This document shows positions 48,888 through 60,549 of a stretch of DNA of 64,000 nucleotides, piece by piece (within the stretch, counting starts at the first letter, position 1; the number at the start of each line of letters is the position of its first letter). The notes beneath the pieces were generated by a model, which did no database searches, was not told where the DNA came from, and worked only from the letters and a program-made list of their open reading frames with translations. Source of the DNA: Phyllosticta citribraziliensis (lineage: Eukaryota); the NCBI RefSeq assembly GCF_038025025.1, contig NW_027117339.1, forward strand, positions 1,860,001-1,924,000. The letters run 5' to 3'. The position numbers were made by a program, and so were the translations under genes.

Positions 48888-50295
48888 ATGATCAGCCAGC
48901 CCGACGTACTCCAACCCAACCGGGGCGCCTTTGCGGACCTCAGGCGCGGCCTGACCATCGCAGACCTCAAGGCCAACGTCGTGGACCAAACCGTCGAGCT
49001 GCCAATCCGGAACGGCGTCACCAAAGCGGATGGGCAAATCCACAGCGTGCCAGACGACGACGTCCCCGAGCTCCAGACGGTGCTTCTGCTCTACCAGCCC
49101 AAGACGCGCTACGCCCTCACGCCCAAACACACCGTCCCTGAGCTCCGGCATAAAGACGAGGTCCTTATCAAGATTGAATACATAGGTCTCAACCCAATTG
49201 ACTGGAAAGCGCCGTGAGTGCTGCCACAACCCGCTCCCAGCGACACCAACCCATCTACGAGCAGCAACACTGACATCTCTTGCCAGTGACTTTGGATGGG
49301 GCATCCCCAAACTACCCTACATCTCCGGCCGCGACTTCCTGGGCACAATCGTGCGGTCGAGCTCGCCCTCGCGCCCCGTTGGCGCTCAAGTGCTCGCCAT
49401 CTCGACCGACTACCGCGACGAGCGCAAGTCGGCCTTTCAACACTACGCCGTCTCGGCCACGCACACCATCTGCCCGCTTCCCAGCAGACAAGGCAGCGCT
49501 GCTTCCGGCCCGGACCCCTCGCACGCCTCGCTCGGTGTGGCATTCACCGCCGCCGCCCTCGCCCTGGGCGTCTGTCTCGGCGTCGACTTCTCCCCAGCGA
49601 CCTCCGGGGCCAGCAGCGGGGGATTTGACTTCCTGAACCTCCTGCGCTCGCGCACTTCGCCCGCCGCCATCCCGCACGACGTGCGCGCCGAGTGCCTCGA
49701 CGGCATCCACGAGCGGGAGCGCGCGCGGCCGGGCGACTGGGTCGCCATCTGGGGCGGCGGCAGCACGACGGCGCTCATGCTGACGCAGCTGGCCAAGGCG
49801 GCGGGCCTGCGCGTCGCGCTGGTCGGCGACGCGAAGAAGCACGGGGGCCGCGTCGTGCAGCGGGGCCTCGCGGCGCCCGACGTCATGGTCGACTGCTGGG
49901 ACGAGGACCGCGCCGTCGAAGTGCTCAGGGGCGTGGCGGGCGGCCGGCTGCGGTACGCCGTCGACGCCGTGGGCAAGGAGACGGCGGGGAAGCTGGCAGA
50001 GGCTCTGGCAGACGGCGGTGGTCAGGAAGAAAGGGTGCATCTGGTGGGCTTGTCCGGCGCCCCGAAGAACGTAAGGGATGGGATTGTCTTGCACACCGTG
50101 CCGATCAAGGTCTTCCACGAGGTCAGAGAGGTGGGGCTGCGGACCATGGAGTGGCTGGCGCGCTTATTGAGTGATGGACGGCTGGTGACGCCGGACGTCG
50201 AGGTGGTAGAGGGCGGCCTGCGAAGCGTCAACGGTGCGCTGGATCGCATGAGGAAGAATGAGGTGTCGGGGAAAAGGCTGGTTGTGCGGGTGTAA
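48888..50295 (+). CDS. Medium-chain dehydrogenase/reductase (GroES-like + Rossmann, enoyl/quinone-reductase-like) (exons 48888-49213, 49287-50295)
   Basis: DEVLIKIEYIGLNPIDWKAPDFGWGIPKLPYISGRDFLG, VAIWGGGSTT and GGLRSVNGALDRMRKNEVSGKRLVV. One canonical intron. Confidence 0.92.
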
Positions 50296-50501
50296 CTGGG
50301 GTGTTTCGGCGATTGATAGATTTGGTAAAATAGAGGAAAATAGATTGGCAGTCAGACGCTTCCAGAGATTAGTATGGTAGCAAAGATTGAGTATCCATGA
50401 CGAATAGATTAGTTGGACGAAAGGAGGTTAATGCGCTATACACTAAGAAGTGCGTGAAGGTCGAGAGCTTTCAGCTATGACGGACACGGCGTTGCGTGGC
50501 A

Positions 50502-52261
50502 CTACACCACGTCCTGCTGCCTCCTCAAATCGTACGCTACAGCCTTGGGCGGCGACGAATCGAGCACCGCCTCTGCCTTCCAGCCATTGACCTCCTGGCC
50601 TGCGACAGGCTCACTCGCCGCCTTCTCGGGTTCGACGTACGGCGGCGGGTCCTCCTCGTAGACATCGTAGCGATACTTCGCCGCAGTATGGTCATCTCTG
50701 ACACCCTTTTGCCCTTTGCCATACACCTTTTCCCTCGCAGTCCACTCACCCTGCTCCTCTTCCGGAACCTGGCCGCCGTAGATGCCCCTGCGGCGCAGCT
50801 CGGGCACGAGCAGCTCGACAACGTCGACAAAGGATCCCGGCGTCTCGACGTACGCGACGTTGAAGCCATCGACGTCGCTCTCCTCAATCCAGCGCTCAAT
50901 CTCGTCGGCGACAGTTTGCGGGCTGCCAACAGAAACGGGGCCGAGGCCGCCGATAGCCGCCTTTTCGGCGACGACGCGGGCCGTCCAGCGCGGCACCTCG
51001 CGCGACGTCGTCGTAAAGGCGTTCAGCGTGCTCGTCACCTTGTGCAGCTCCTTGCTGTGGCCGGCGTTGAGGTCCTCGTCGAGCGGCACCGCGCTGAAGT
51101 CGATGCCCGTCCACCCAGACGCCAGCACCAGCCCGCCGATGGTGCTGGCGTGCTTCTTCAGCTCCGCCAGCTTGGCCTCTGCCTCCTCGTCGGTTCGCCC
51201 CAGGATGGGCGTGAAGGTGGTGAAGAACTTGATGGATTGCGGGTCTCGCCCGTTTTCCGCCGTCAGCTTGCGGATGTTTGCGATTTTGGGCGCGAGGACC
51301 GACGGGCTGTGGGCCGTGACAAAGACGGCTTCGGCGTGGGCGGCGGCAAACGCGGAGCCGGCTGGCGAGGTTCCAGCTTGGAAGAGCAAAGGCGTGCGCT
51401 GGGGCGATGGATCGACAATGTGTCGAGTGTCGAGGTCGAAGAATTTGCCGTGGTGGTGGATCTCGCGGATGCGGTCTGGGTCAAAGTGCGCGTCGTTCTC
51501 GGCATCGTTGATGATGGCATCGGGTGCCCAGCTGCCTTCCCACAGCTTGTAGAGGACGCGCAGATATTCGTCCGCCTGCGCATAGCGCTGGTCGTGTTCG
51601 ATCGGGGAGGTAAGACCGATGGCTTTGAAGGCGGCCTTCTTCCAGCTCGTCACCTATGTCGAAAGTCAGAGGCAAGTTGCTATTCAGTGGTCAAATACTT
51701 ACGATGTTCCATCCGATTCTGCCATTGGTCATATGATCTAGGGTGGAGAAGCGCTTCGCAAGGAGGAATGGAGGCTCAAAGGTTGTGGACGCGGTGATGG
51801 CAAAGGTCAGGTTTTTAGTGACCGCAGCCATGGCAGAGATTGGCTTCTCAAATCAGTCGTTGTTCAAAAAATCTCTTTGAATGCATGATGGAAACCACTA
51901 AGCACCAGTTTTCCCAAGCTCTTGACCATGAGGATAGGTGACTGACAATTGATGGGTCGGTGACGGGCCACTGAGCAGCTCTCCTGATGCAGTTGTCTAA
52001 GGAGCCTTCGTACGTGTCGTAGCCGCCATACGTATCTGCCAGAAAGAGAGCATTGATTCCTCCTCTTTCCAGCAGCTTCGCTAAGTCAATCCAGTAGTCG
52101 AGCTTCCGCTTGTGGGCAGAGCGGTCCGTCGGGTTCTTCCATTGGCCAGGCGAAAGATGGCCGATGGTGGACATGTCGAAAGCATTTATGAGAATCTTTT
52201 TCTTTGGCTTGCTGGCCCCGTTGGCCGCGTGCCCGTTGGCGCCATTCAATGATGCTGACAT
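50502..52261 (-). CDS. FMNH2-dependent monooxygenase, NtaA/SnaA/DszA (bacterial luciferase-like) family (exons 52261-51947, 51843-51703, 51653-50502)
   Basis: INAFDM..GQWKNP, LAKLLERGGINALFLAD, AKRFSTLDHMTNGRIGWNIVTSW, PSPQRTPLLFQAGTS, VGSPQTVAD and LLVPELRRRG. Confidence 0.95.
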
Positions 52262-52868
52262 TTCCGAAAGGGAGATTGAGATGGCGGGGGAAACTCAAAA
52301 GCTCCAGAGACTATGCACTAGTATAGTGTAGTCTGGTCCAATGTCCAATGCTCGACCTCTTTCTTTGGGGTACATGACAAGTTTTTCAACACCACCAAGA
52401 CAGACGAGCAAGCTTTACAGGGTCGTCGGGTAGTCCGCTTAGTCAGTCCCGAAGCGTCGAGCACGCCATTGAGACCCAGCCGCGCGCAAGTCTGCTCGCA
52501 GCAAGAGCGGGGTCTCCTTGCCCAGGAACCTGAGGAACGCGATTCTGTTTGGCTGCTGGCCCTGATAAACTATTGCGTGCAAAAACCAATGAGTTGCATC
52601 TCGTCGGCAGTGATGACACTGTCCCGGTAGAGGGTCGCATTATCGCTGTGCCGCCTTGGCTGTAGAATCTAGGGCTGGCGATGGGCTAACAAGCGGCGTC
52701 GTGGTGGGGGACTACTGTAATCGTGGGAGATCTTGCCTTGATGGGGATTTGCCATCATTGATGGGGTGTAAGACGCAACAGAAATATAGGTACTTTGCCT
52801 GCTGAGTATCAAGCCGACGAACAAGTTGGAACTGTCGACTTGATCAGCTTCTGGCCATTTTCACTGCC

Positions 52869-54493
52869 ATGGCAGACTCGAAGCAACCAAGGGCTGAAGT
52901 CCAAGGCAGCCCCGAGCTTGCCACCGAGACGTTTCATGATGGCAGTGAACAGAGCAAAAGGGCGTTTCTGGCGAGCTTCTCAGCGTTGGAAGACAAACAG
53001 ATCATGAGAAAAGTCGACCGGAGATTTCTCCTCCTGATAGGAATGATCTACCTCTTCAAGAATGTGAGGAGCCGCAAACTCAAGAGAAGAGTCTGAACTG
53101 ACGAATGCTCCTAGATCGACTACACCAACGCTGCGACGGTCAAAGTGCTCCAAGTCGGCCAGCCCCGAAACATCTTGAAGGAACTGCACATGACTGCCGA
53201 CCAGTACAACTGGGTCCAGTCGATATACTTCATCAGCTACATCATCTTCGAGGTTCCGTGCAATTTGTTGCTCAAGAAGGTGAGCCCTCGAAACTGGCAG
53301 ACCCGGATCATCTTGTCATGGGGAGCTGTACTGGCATGCCACGCTGCTGTCAAGAACAAGGAGGGTTACTACACCGCTCGATGGTTCCTTGGAATGATGG
53401 AAGTGGGAATGTTCCCCGGGTTGGCCGCGCAGCTGTGCAGCTGGTACAGAAGCGACGAGATGGGAAGGCCGATGATGTGGATGTTTGGGCTGCAGCATAT
53501 GAGTGGCATCGTGGGCAGCTTGCTGGCCTATGGCATCAGCTACATGAACGGCCTCAGCGGTATGAGCGCGTGGAGATGGTGAGTCGAAAGTGATACACCA
53601 GTGATTGCGATCCAAGACTGACCCATGGCAGGGTGTACCTTTTGGAGGGCCTAGCTACCATGCTCTTTGGAGCCGTCGTGTTTCTAGCCCTCCCAGACTA
53701 CCCAAAATCGCCTCGGTCCCGCCGATGGCTGACTCCTCGAGAGCAGGAGTATCTCGAGACGCGCCTGTCAGACAATGCTCCAAAGACGGCAGATCCTGCG
53801 TTCCGGAAAGAGGAAGTTGTTGCTTGCTTGAAAGACGCACGAACTTATGCCTTCATGTTGGCCCAGTTCATGACCAATTTTGCGGGATATGGCCTGTCGT
53901 GGATGCTGCCAACAGTCACGACGGACCTCGGGTTTGCGGGCCTCCCTCGGAACCAGCTGCTCAACATTCCTCCTGCCGCTGGCTCAGTCCTGGGCGTCGT
54001 CTTCGCAGGCTGGTTTCTGAAGCGTGCCTATATGCCACGTCCAGCATTTCTCATTCTATCTGGTGGCGGCATGCTGGTATTTTTTATCCTGCTGGCCGTG
54101 CTGAAGAACAATGTCGGGATTTACGTGTCGGTGACATTTGGCACCACGTTCTATGCAATATGGTTTATTCCATTCTGGGCGTGGCGAAGCGCGACGCTCA
54201 AAGGCGCGACGGGGGCGGCGTTTGGGCTGGCGTTCCAAAACTGCATTGGGCAGGTGGGAGGTGTTGTTGCGCCGCAGCTATTCCAAAGCAAGTTTGCGAA
54301 CAATGGCTACAAGACGCCTTTTGCGGTGTGTGCGGGAGCAACGGCGGGAGCTTTTCTGGCGAGCTGGTGGGCGTGGTGGTTGACGCGACGCGTCGAATGG
54401 GATGTAATGAGGATACGGAGACTCCGAGCAAAGGCGGAGCGCATGGGAGAGGTGTACGCGGACGATGACGTTGACGTGAGCGGGAGCAGGTAG
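52869..54493 (+). CDS. MFS transporter, Dal5/allantoate (anion:cation symporter) family, AstA-like (exons 52869-53063, 53115-53578, 53632-54493)
   Basis: IMRKVDRRFL, SIYFISYIIFEVPCNLLLKK, RWFLGMMEVGMFPG, GLSGMSAWRWVYLLEGLAT and LPDYP..WLTPRE. The AstA subfamily call is inference. Confidence 0.9.
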
Positions 54494-55169
54494 ACCTGAC
54501 CTGACCTGACGAGTAATGAAGACAGTTGACAGAATTGGGTTGTCGGAAGGGGAGGAAGAGCGGCATGGTTAGGTTTCCATGCGGGCGTTGAGTCAACACG
54601 CCTGAAGTGGCCAAAGCGTCAAGCTTCCTGTTACCTTCCCGCGCCCATTCGGTTGGATCAAGCCCAGCCAGGAACCAAGAAAGGCCATGCCACCGCGTGC
54701 TTGCGCACACCATCATCCGTCCGGCTATCGTGCATGCATCATGTCTCACTCGGCTCGGGTCGACCAAGACATGCGCCAGCAACCCGTTTAAAAGGCGACC
54801 AACAACGGCGTCACCGTCTTGCCTGCTCTCAACACGCCCTTTTCCCGCCTTTCCGACCACGACAATCCACAGCCACAAGCTCGTTTTCAGTGGCGATGCC
54901 CGACCTGCTGTTCTTGTGAGCCCGTGAAGTGTAAAAAGAGTTTCGAGTGGCTCAGGTTTGGCTCCGCAAGCTCATTTTTAGAGCCGGCTCCCGAGATCTT
55001 CTTCTTGCCGACTCCCAAAACAGAAAAAGACTTTGGAGTGGCTGTCTTCCCGCCAACGCCATGGCGTATGGCTAACTCTGTCTTTGCGTCAACGCTGATC
55101 CGTTGGTTGTTGCCTTCGGAATTCCAGAGGCTAATTCTTTGTAAACAAGTATTGGACGGCAACGTGCTA

Positions 55170-55370
55170 GATGGCAAGTCATTGGTAACATGTCACTCAG
55201 GAACAAGACTTCAAACAGAGGCATTTACGTAGGACGCATTGGATAGCAAGTCATTGGTAACAGGCACTCAGGAACAAGACTTCGAACAAAGGCATTTACG
55301 TAGGACGCATTAGATAGCAAGTCATTGGATAACATGTCACTCGAGAACAAGACTTCGAACAGAGGCACTT
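55170..55370. repeat. Tandem repeat, 71-72 bp unit, about 2.8 copies
   Basis: Units start at 55170, 55242 and 55313: GATRGCAAGTCATTGG..CACTC..GAACAAGACTTC.AACA.AGGCA.. Confidence 0.95.
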
Positions 55371-55718
55371 GTGTGGGATGAATGGACAAACTGAATTCTG
55401 TATATGCCACTTGTATCTGGCTATGTGATAGTTACATGCGGGGTATCAAGCCTCCCGTTGGTGCAATCGCCTCCCCCCGAGAATGGTATTGTTGATGAGA
55501 TGTCGTCGTTGATGGGCACCGGATTGTGGTCCTTGTGCGCATGAGAATGATGCGGCCGGTCTACGCTGTCAAACGAGTGCTCTTCCACCGTCGGCCATTA
55601 CATATTAAAATCTGCTCCATGTACCTACTTCTTTGCCGCCATCTTTTTTGTCGTCGCCTTCACCGTTTCCCCCAGTAGTCACACTCCTTGCTGTTTCATC
55701 ACGGCGGAGAGGTAGGTT

Positions 55719-56330
55719 TTACGTCGTCTTAGGCGTTTTCAAGGACAGTCCGTTGACGCTGTATTTGTTGGCGAGTTCGCAGCGGTTGAAGCTTCCCTGG
55801 TACGGCCCGCAGGAGAGGTAGGCCGCGGTCACTGACCTTTCGCCGAGGACAGTTTTGGCCTCTGCGCCAGAGGTATAGCTTGTAGGTTGTGAGCACTCCT
55901 TGTTTTGGTCAAGAGTCAGAATGAACACTCACGTGTACTTTACCTCAACGCTCCATTCGCTGAGCGATGAGTAACTTTCAAATAAAAAGGAGAAAGCACC
56001 GTTGGCACAGGCCGTCTACGTTCCCAATACATTAGATTGAATGCCCCATGTAAATTTCTTTCAAGAGGCAGAGGTGCTTACGAAGGATGTCGGATAGCCT
56101 GATTTTCCTCCATCCGTTCCGTACTTCCAATCAATGGCGCAGGTGTCGGTGACTTCGCCGGCTTCAACATTGAAGTTGATGGAGATGTTGTCATCTGGCG
56201 TTGGCTCTAGAGGCTCATAGAACTGGAGAGAGGTGATTATGAGACCCGAGGTCGTCGTCGTGGTCTTCGTCGTCGTAGCAGTTGAAAGCGCGGCGGCAGA
56301 GATGGCCAAGATGGGAGTGAAGAAGCGCAT
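55719..56330 (-). CDS. Small secreted 4-Cys protein, 163 aa, possibly Alt a 1 (AA1)-like (exons 56330-56082, 56015-55933, 55878-55719)
   Basis: Signal peptide MRFFTPILAISAAALSTA, then ..TDTCAIDW..YPTSFTACANGAFSFLFESYSSLSEWSVEVKYTYTSG..YLSCGPYQGSFNRCEL... Two GT-AG introns. TATATAAA about 110 nt upstream. Confidence 0.8.
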
Positions 56331-57573
56331 TGTGGATGAGTTTGAAGATGTCTTGAGTGGGAGATTCAGGCAGTTGATGTGAATGCAGCTGAGAAAGATG
56401 TGATGTTGAAGGAAGGGTGTGGGTGAGCATGTTGGCACTTTATATATCCATATACGTTCATGGCGAAGAGGATGCCTGGTAAGGTTACGGACGTTCGGAC
56501 CGGGAGTGTCGTTCGGACCGGGCTTTGGAGCACGAGGAAAAAGCTTTCTGGTGACCTTGTACATGTGGGTGGATAGGTGACTGTTGGGCTGTTGATCCAA
56601 CCCGCTTCTCCTCGACCATGACCAGAAGGTTCGTTGTCCCGGTAAATTCGTACATTGGGCAAGAGGCAGAATTGAGAGGAGCAACTTTTCCCCTCATGTT
56701 TACCCGGGTCAAAGTGCGACTCGGAGTAGGGACAGTGGTGACGAGATGGTGAGGAAATTCCTCTCTCGCGAGGCCACTAGACCGAGACACAGGATGGGCG
56801 CAAGGTGTATCCATATCGCGATGACATCCACGACAACAACGACATGGCTCACGCTACTGCTGTCATCGCCATAGCCACTTGGTGTTTGCTCGAAAGCAGC
56901 TGTTGGGGCGCATAGTATCACCCGGAAGTATTGAAAAATCAAGAGTAGAGTTTGCAGAGCGGGAGGATGCGGCTTGGCCTGCGATGCTTACGAGGTAAAA
57001 ATAAAAATAGAGACTTTTGACAAGGACCACCGGCAGCGCCATCCGGCGGCGCACCCCGCAGCTGATAGAAGCAGGCACAGAAGCCGTATTCATCCGTCGC
57101 CGACCTTTCCACCCATTGAACAGCCAGTGGAGTGCTCTGGACTGAACCGGATGTGTTGTGGCGACCGGCGTCCCCCGCACCAGCCTGTCCTTGCACTGAC
57201 GTGTTCGTTGCTGCGGCTTGTTTGCTGGAAAGGTACGGCTTGCGCACGACGTAGATCGTATCATCATGTTGTGTTGATGGCGTCCGTTGGCGCTGGTATT
57301 GGGCGTTGGCGCTGGCGTTGGCGTTGGCGAGCCAGCCTAAGCGACGGACTAATGACTCGAGTCGCGCCATCATGTGACTTCGCGTTGACTCAACGGCTCC
57401 CGTCTGGGGTACCTGCAGTGCGTTAGGTGTCCAGCCGCGCGACCCCAGCGACACCCACCCGACCCGACTGAGCGCCCGCCTGGCGCCTTCTGCCACCCAC
57501 CCACTTCCCGTCTCCGTCGGGCTGCTGCCACACCCACCCACCTCGACTCACGGCTTCTCCAGTTCTCGCCGCC

Positions 57574-59400
57574 ATGGCTAATTTCGCTCCTCCAATCTGC
57601 CGCGACGGCTTCGTATACCACGGCCAATTGTTCGCTGACGTCGGGAACCTCAACCGTCATCCTCGCGCCTCAATTCAAGACCTGAACGATCTCTTGCGCC
57701 CGAACAAGCCGGCCAAGGACGGCCAGTCGAGGGATCAAGTGGGCCACTGGTACTTCGCCCAGCTCAGACACTATGGACTTCCGACAACCAAGGACAAGAA
57801 TGCTGCCAAGGTCCGGCTGTTGAATGCTCTCAATGGCGGGCAACTGCAGGTGCCCAAGGATGTCAAGAAGCTCGAGTCACAGCTTAAGAAGGAGTACGAT
57901 GCTTCAAACAAGAAAGCGAAGGCAGAATTGAAGGGAGCAGGAAGCACTCCTGTATCTCAAACGACGAAAGCCACACCCAGTGCAAACAAGAGAAAACGGA
58001 CCGACGACGAAGCCGTCGCTGCAAAAGCACCAGCCAAGAAGAAGACAGCCTCCAATCCGACGCCAGCCACGTCAACAATCAACGTCGGACGTAATGGGGA
58101 CGTTAGCATCAACATCGCATACCAAGAGTTCTTGGGCACTGTTGGAGATTCAAACAAGCAAAGCACGCCCAAGAAAGCCGCGACCAAGAAAACATCGGCA
58201 ACCGCGAAGAGCACAACCACTGCCAAAAACACGACCACCGCCAAAACCACAACCGCTACCAAAAACACGACCGCTGCGAAAAAGACGGCCACTGCCAAGA
58301 GTACGGCTGCTCCCAAAAGCACGACTTCGAAGGCCGCAGCTCCCAAGACCACGTCAGCCAAAACTCAGAATAAGACAACTGCAAAGTCGACAGCGCCAGG
58401 AAGCACCAAGTCGACTGGTACAGCAGGGTCCGCTAGGAAGCCCACGGCAAAAGGTCCCGCGGTGTCAAAGAAGAATGTTGCTCCAAAAGACAAGGGGTCG
58501 TCGTCCGCAAAGACCCAGGGAGCAAACAAGAAGACCACCAGCTCCGGAAGCGGCCTGGCAACCCAAATTCGGACTACTGGAGTAATCAAACAAGAAAACG
58601 ACTTCCTCAACTCCAGTGGCCCTGCGACCCCTTTCGATCATGGCATCTCGCAATTCTACAATCACGATCCGAACCTTGACTACATCACCGGCTTCTATGA
58701 TATTCATTGCTCCATCGAGGAAGACTTTCCAGCCTTTTGCGAGAATGGGTGTCGGATGATGCTCTGTCGCGAGCGTGACTCGGGTCGCGTCTGGGGAAGT
58801 TACTCCTTCGGCCCTTGGTTTGGCATAATCAAGTCGGACCCCGGTCCCACGCACTTCTCGCTTGCTCCAGTCTCTCTAGGCTGGCGTGCGAAAGATGTCG
58901 AAACAGGCCAGTTGCAATTTGGCCGTGGATGCACAGGTAACATGACTTTTGAAAGTCCAGAGAAGATCTCTGGATGGATTTTTGGCCTGTATGAGAAGGA
59001 CGTTGAGTTTTACGGGAGGAGGCGCAATGGCCCAGCTAATTGTGGCTTCGTTCCATCCGAGTTCGAAACGGAATGGGCATCATACCCTGCAATCGCTTAC
59101 GGCAGAGAGGGGCCAAGCCACGGCGACCTGTCTAACGGTGGCTTTTCCAGCTATGGCCATTCAAACAATCGTCACTCCAACGATGGACACTCTGATGAGG
59201 GACATTCCTACAGCGGAAATTCCCACGATGGTTATTCGAACGAGGGATACTCCGACGATGGTCACTCCCAAGAAGGCTATCCTGACGACGGCCTGTCCGA
59301 AGATGACGGCCCCGACGGCGAACTTTACGATGACGACGGCCATCTACGACCTACAGGCAGGTATGAAGACCTCATGCGCGAAAGCCTCGGAGGGTGGTGA
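57574..59400 (+). CDS. Fungal hypothetical protein, 608 aa, with K/A/T-rich linker and acidic G/H/S repeat tail
   Basis: Intronless ORF. Globular-looking N-domain (DQVGHWYFAQLRHYGLPTTKDKNAAKVRLL) and C-domain (VWGSYSFGPWFG..LGWRAKDVETG). NLS-like KRKR. Confidence 0.85.
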   Translation: MANFAPPICRDGFVYHGQLFADVGNLNRHPRASIQDLNDLLRPNKPAKDGQSRDQVGHWYFAQLRHYGLPTTKDKNAAKVRLLNALNGGQLQVPKDVKKLESQLKKEYDASNKKAKAELKGAGSTPVSQTTKATPSANKRKRTDDEAVAAKAPAKKKTASNPTPATSTINVGRNGDVSINIAYQEFLGTVGDSNKQSTPKKAATKKTSATAKSTTTAKNTTTAKTTTATKNTTAAKKTATAKSTAAPKSTTSKAAAPKTTSAKTQNKTTAKSTAPGSTKSTGTAGSARKPTAKGPAVSKKNVAPKDKGSSSAKTQGANKKTTSSGSGLATQIRTTGVIKQENDFLNSSGPATPFDHGISQFYNHDPNLDYITGFYDIHCSIEEDFPAFCENGCRMMLCRERDSGRVWGSYSFGPWFGIIKSDPGPTHFSLAPVSLGWRAKDVETGQLQFGRGCTGNMTFESPEKISGWIFGLYEKDVEFYGRRRNGPANCGFVPSEFETEWASYPAIAYGREGPSHGDLSNGGFSSYGHSNNRHSNDGHSDEGHSYSGNSHDGYSNEGYSDDGHSQEGYPDDGLSEDDGPDGELYDDDGHLRPTGRYEDLMRESLGGW

Positions 59401-60549
59401 TTCAAAACAACATCTTTCTCGGGCTATCTTGCGGTGGATGAAAATCTGCTTCTTGCTCCGAGTCTTCCTATCTTATTTTGGATCGTACAAAAGGAGGAAT
59501 TGGCAAAGATGCTCTAAAATCTTTTTCAATTGTGTAGGTAGTGCTTTGGTAGTGATATTGATGCTGATCAGGGCGCTAACTCGTTGGACCCGTCCAAGCG
59601 TGTTCTTTTTTGAGCTGATTGACATGGAACAGGGTCTGATGATGTTCCTCTAGAACCAGCGCAAAAGCAAAGAGCGTCTAACCAGGGCAGGCTGAGGACT
59701 AGTCTGCGAATCGGCGACAAAAAGCTTCATGCATGGCGATGCTTTTATCTGGTGTTAGCGACAGCGTGGGTTGATTGTTCGTCCGGCACAGCACCGCAGC
59801 ATTATGCCAACTCCGGCGCGAATTCTTCAGACAAAAGTTCTCGGTATCATTCCTTCAGAAACATGTAGTCAGAATCGGTCCAAATGCAAGTTTTCAGGGT
59901 CCGGACAAGACAAGATGCAGGTGTCAAACGACGCGACGACAGCGACGGGTGTGTTTCCTCTCCCAGTGTTGAACAAGACAGGATGCAGAGTGTCAGACGA
60001 TGCAACGGACGCGATTCTGGATGGGGTGTGGTTGTTGGCTGGACTGATGACGACTGCTCGCTTGCATCTCCCGTGGTGTGGGGGGAGAAGTTCGCAATCG
60101 GCTCCCGCAATCACGAATACCTCTCGCCAAGCACGTCTTCCACCATTGCAACCACTCACGACCCAACGAACAAAGATACGCCGCACCTCATGCTGATTAC
60201 GTGGGCAAGCCGTGTATCGCACATGCGCCCCATCTTCTGTTTCGAGTTTTTCAGATGTCGCATCTCACATGTTCTGGCCATCCACGGCCTCTCCTGCTTG
60301 CGCAATTGGTCATGACCCCTGAACAAGCTGCCTAGTCATGGGTCTAACGCCCCGGTCTTTCAACTGGTGCTCGCGCCATCGAACCCCATGGGATGTCGTT
60401 CAAGGTATGTGCCGAATTCCCGGTCGAAACTTATTAGACCCTAAAGTCGTTGCTGGACCCTGTTCACAACACGCATACAGCTTCTTCACTCGACCTGCTG
60501 CTCCAAAAGAAGACTCCTCAGAGCTTGCTATTACCACAAAAGATCCACA

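Noticed and set aside
50496..51797. 433-aa plus-strand ORF, and similar antisense ORFs over Ydc2 and the MDR
   Set aside because: Shadow ORFs caused by high GC at third codon positions of the real opposite-strand genes.
50502..52261. Recent bacterial transfer or contamination of the DszA-like gene
   Set aside because: It has two spliceosomal introns and fungal neighbours; any transfer would be old and needs phylogeny to show.
55170..55370. CRISPR-like array
   Set aside because: Whole units repeat with no unique spacers, there are no cas genes, and the context is eukaryotic.
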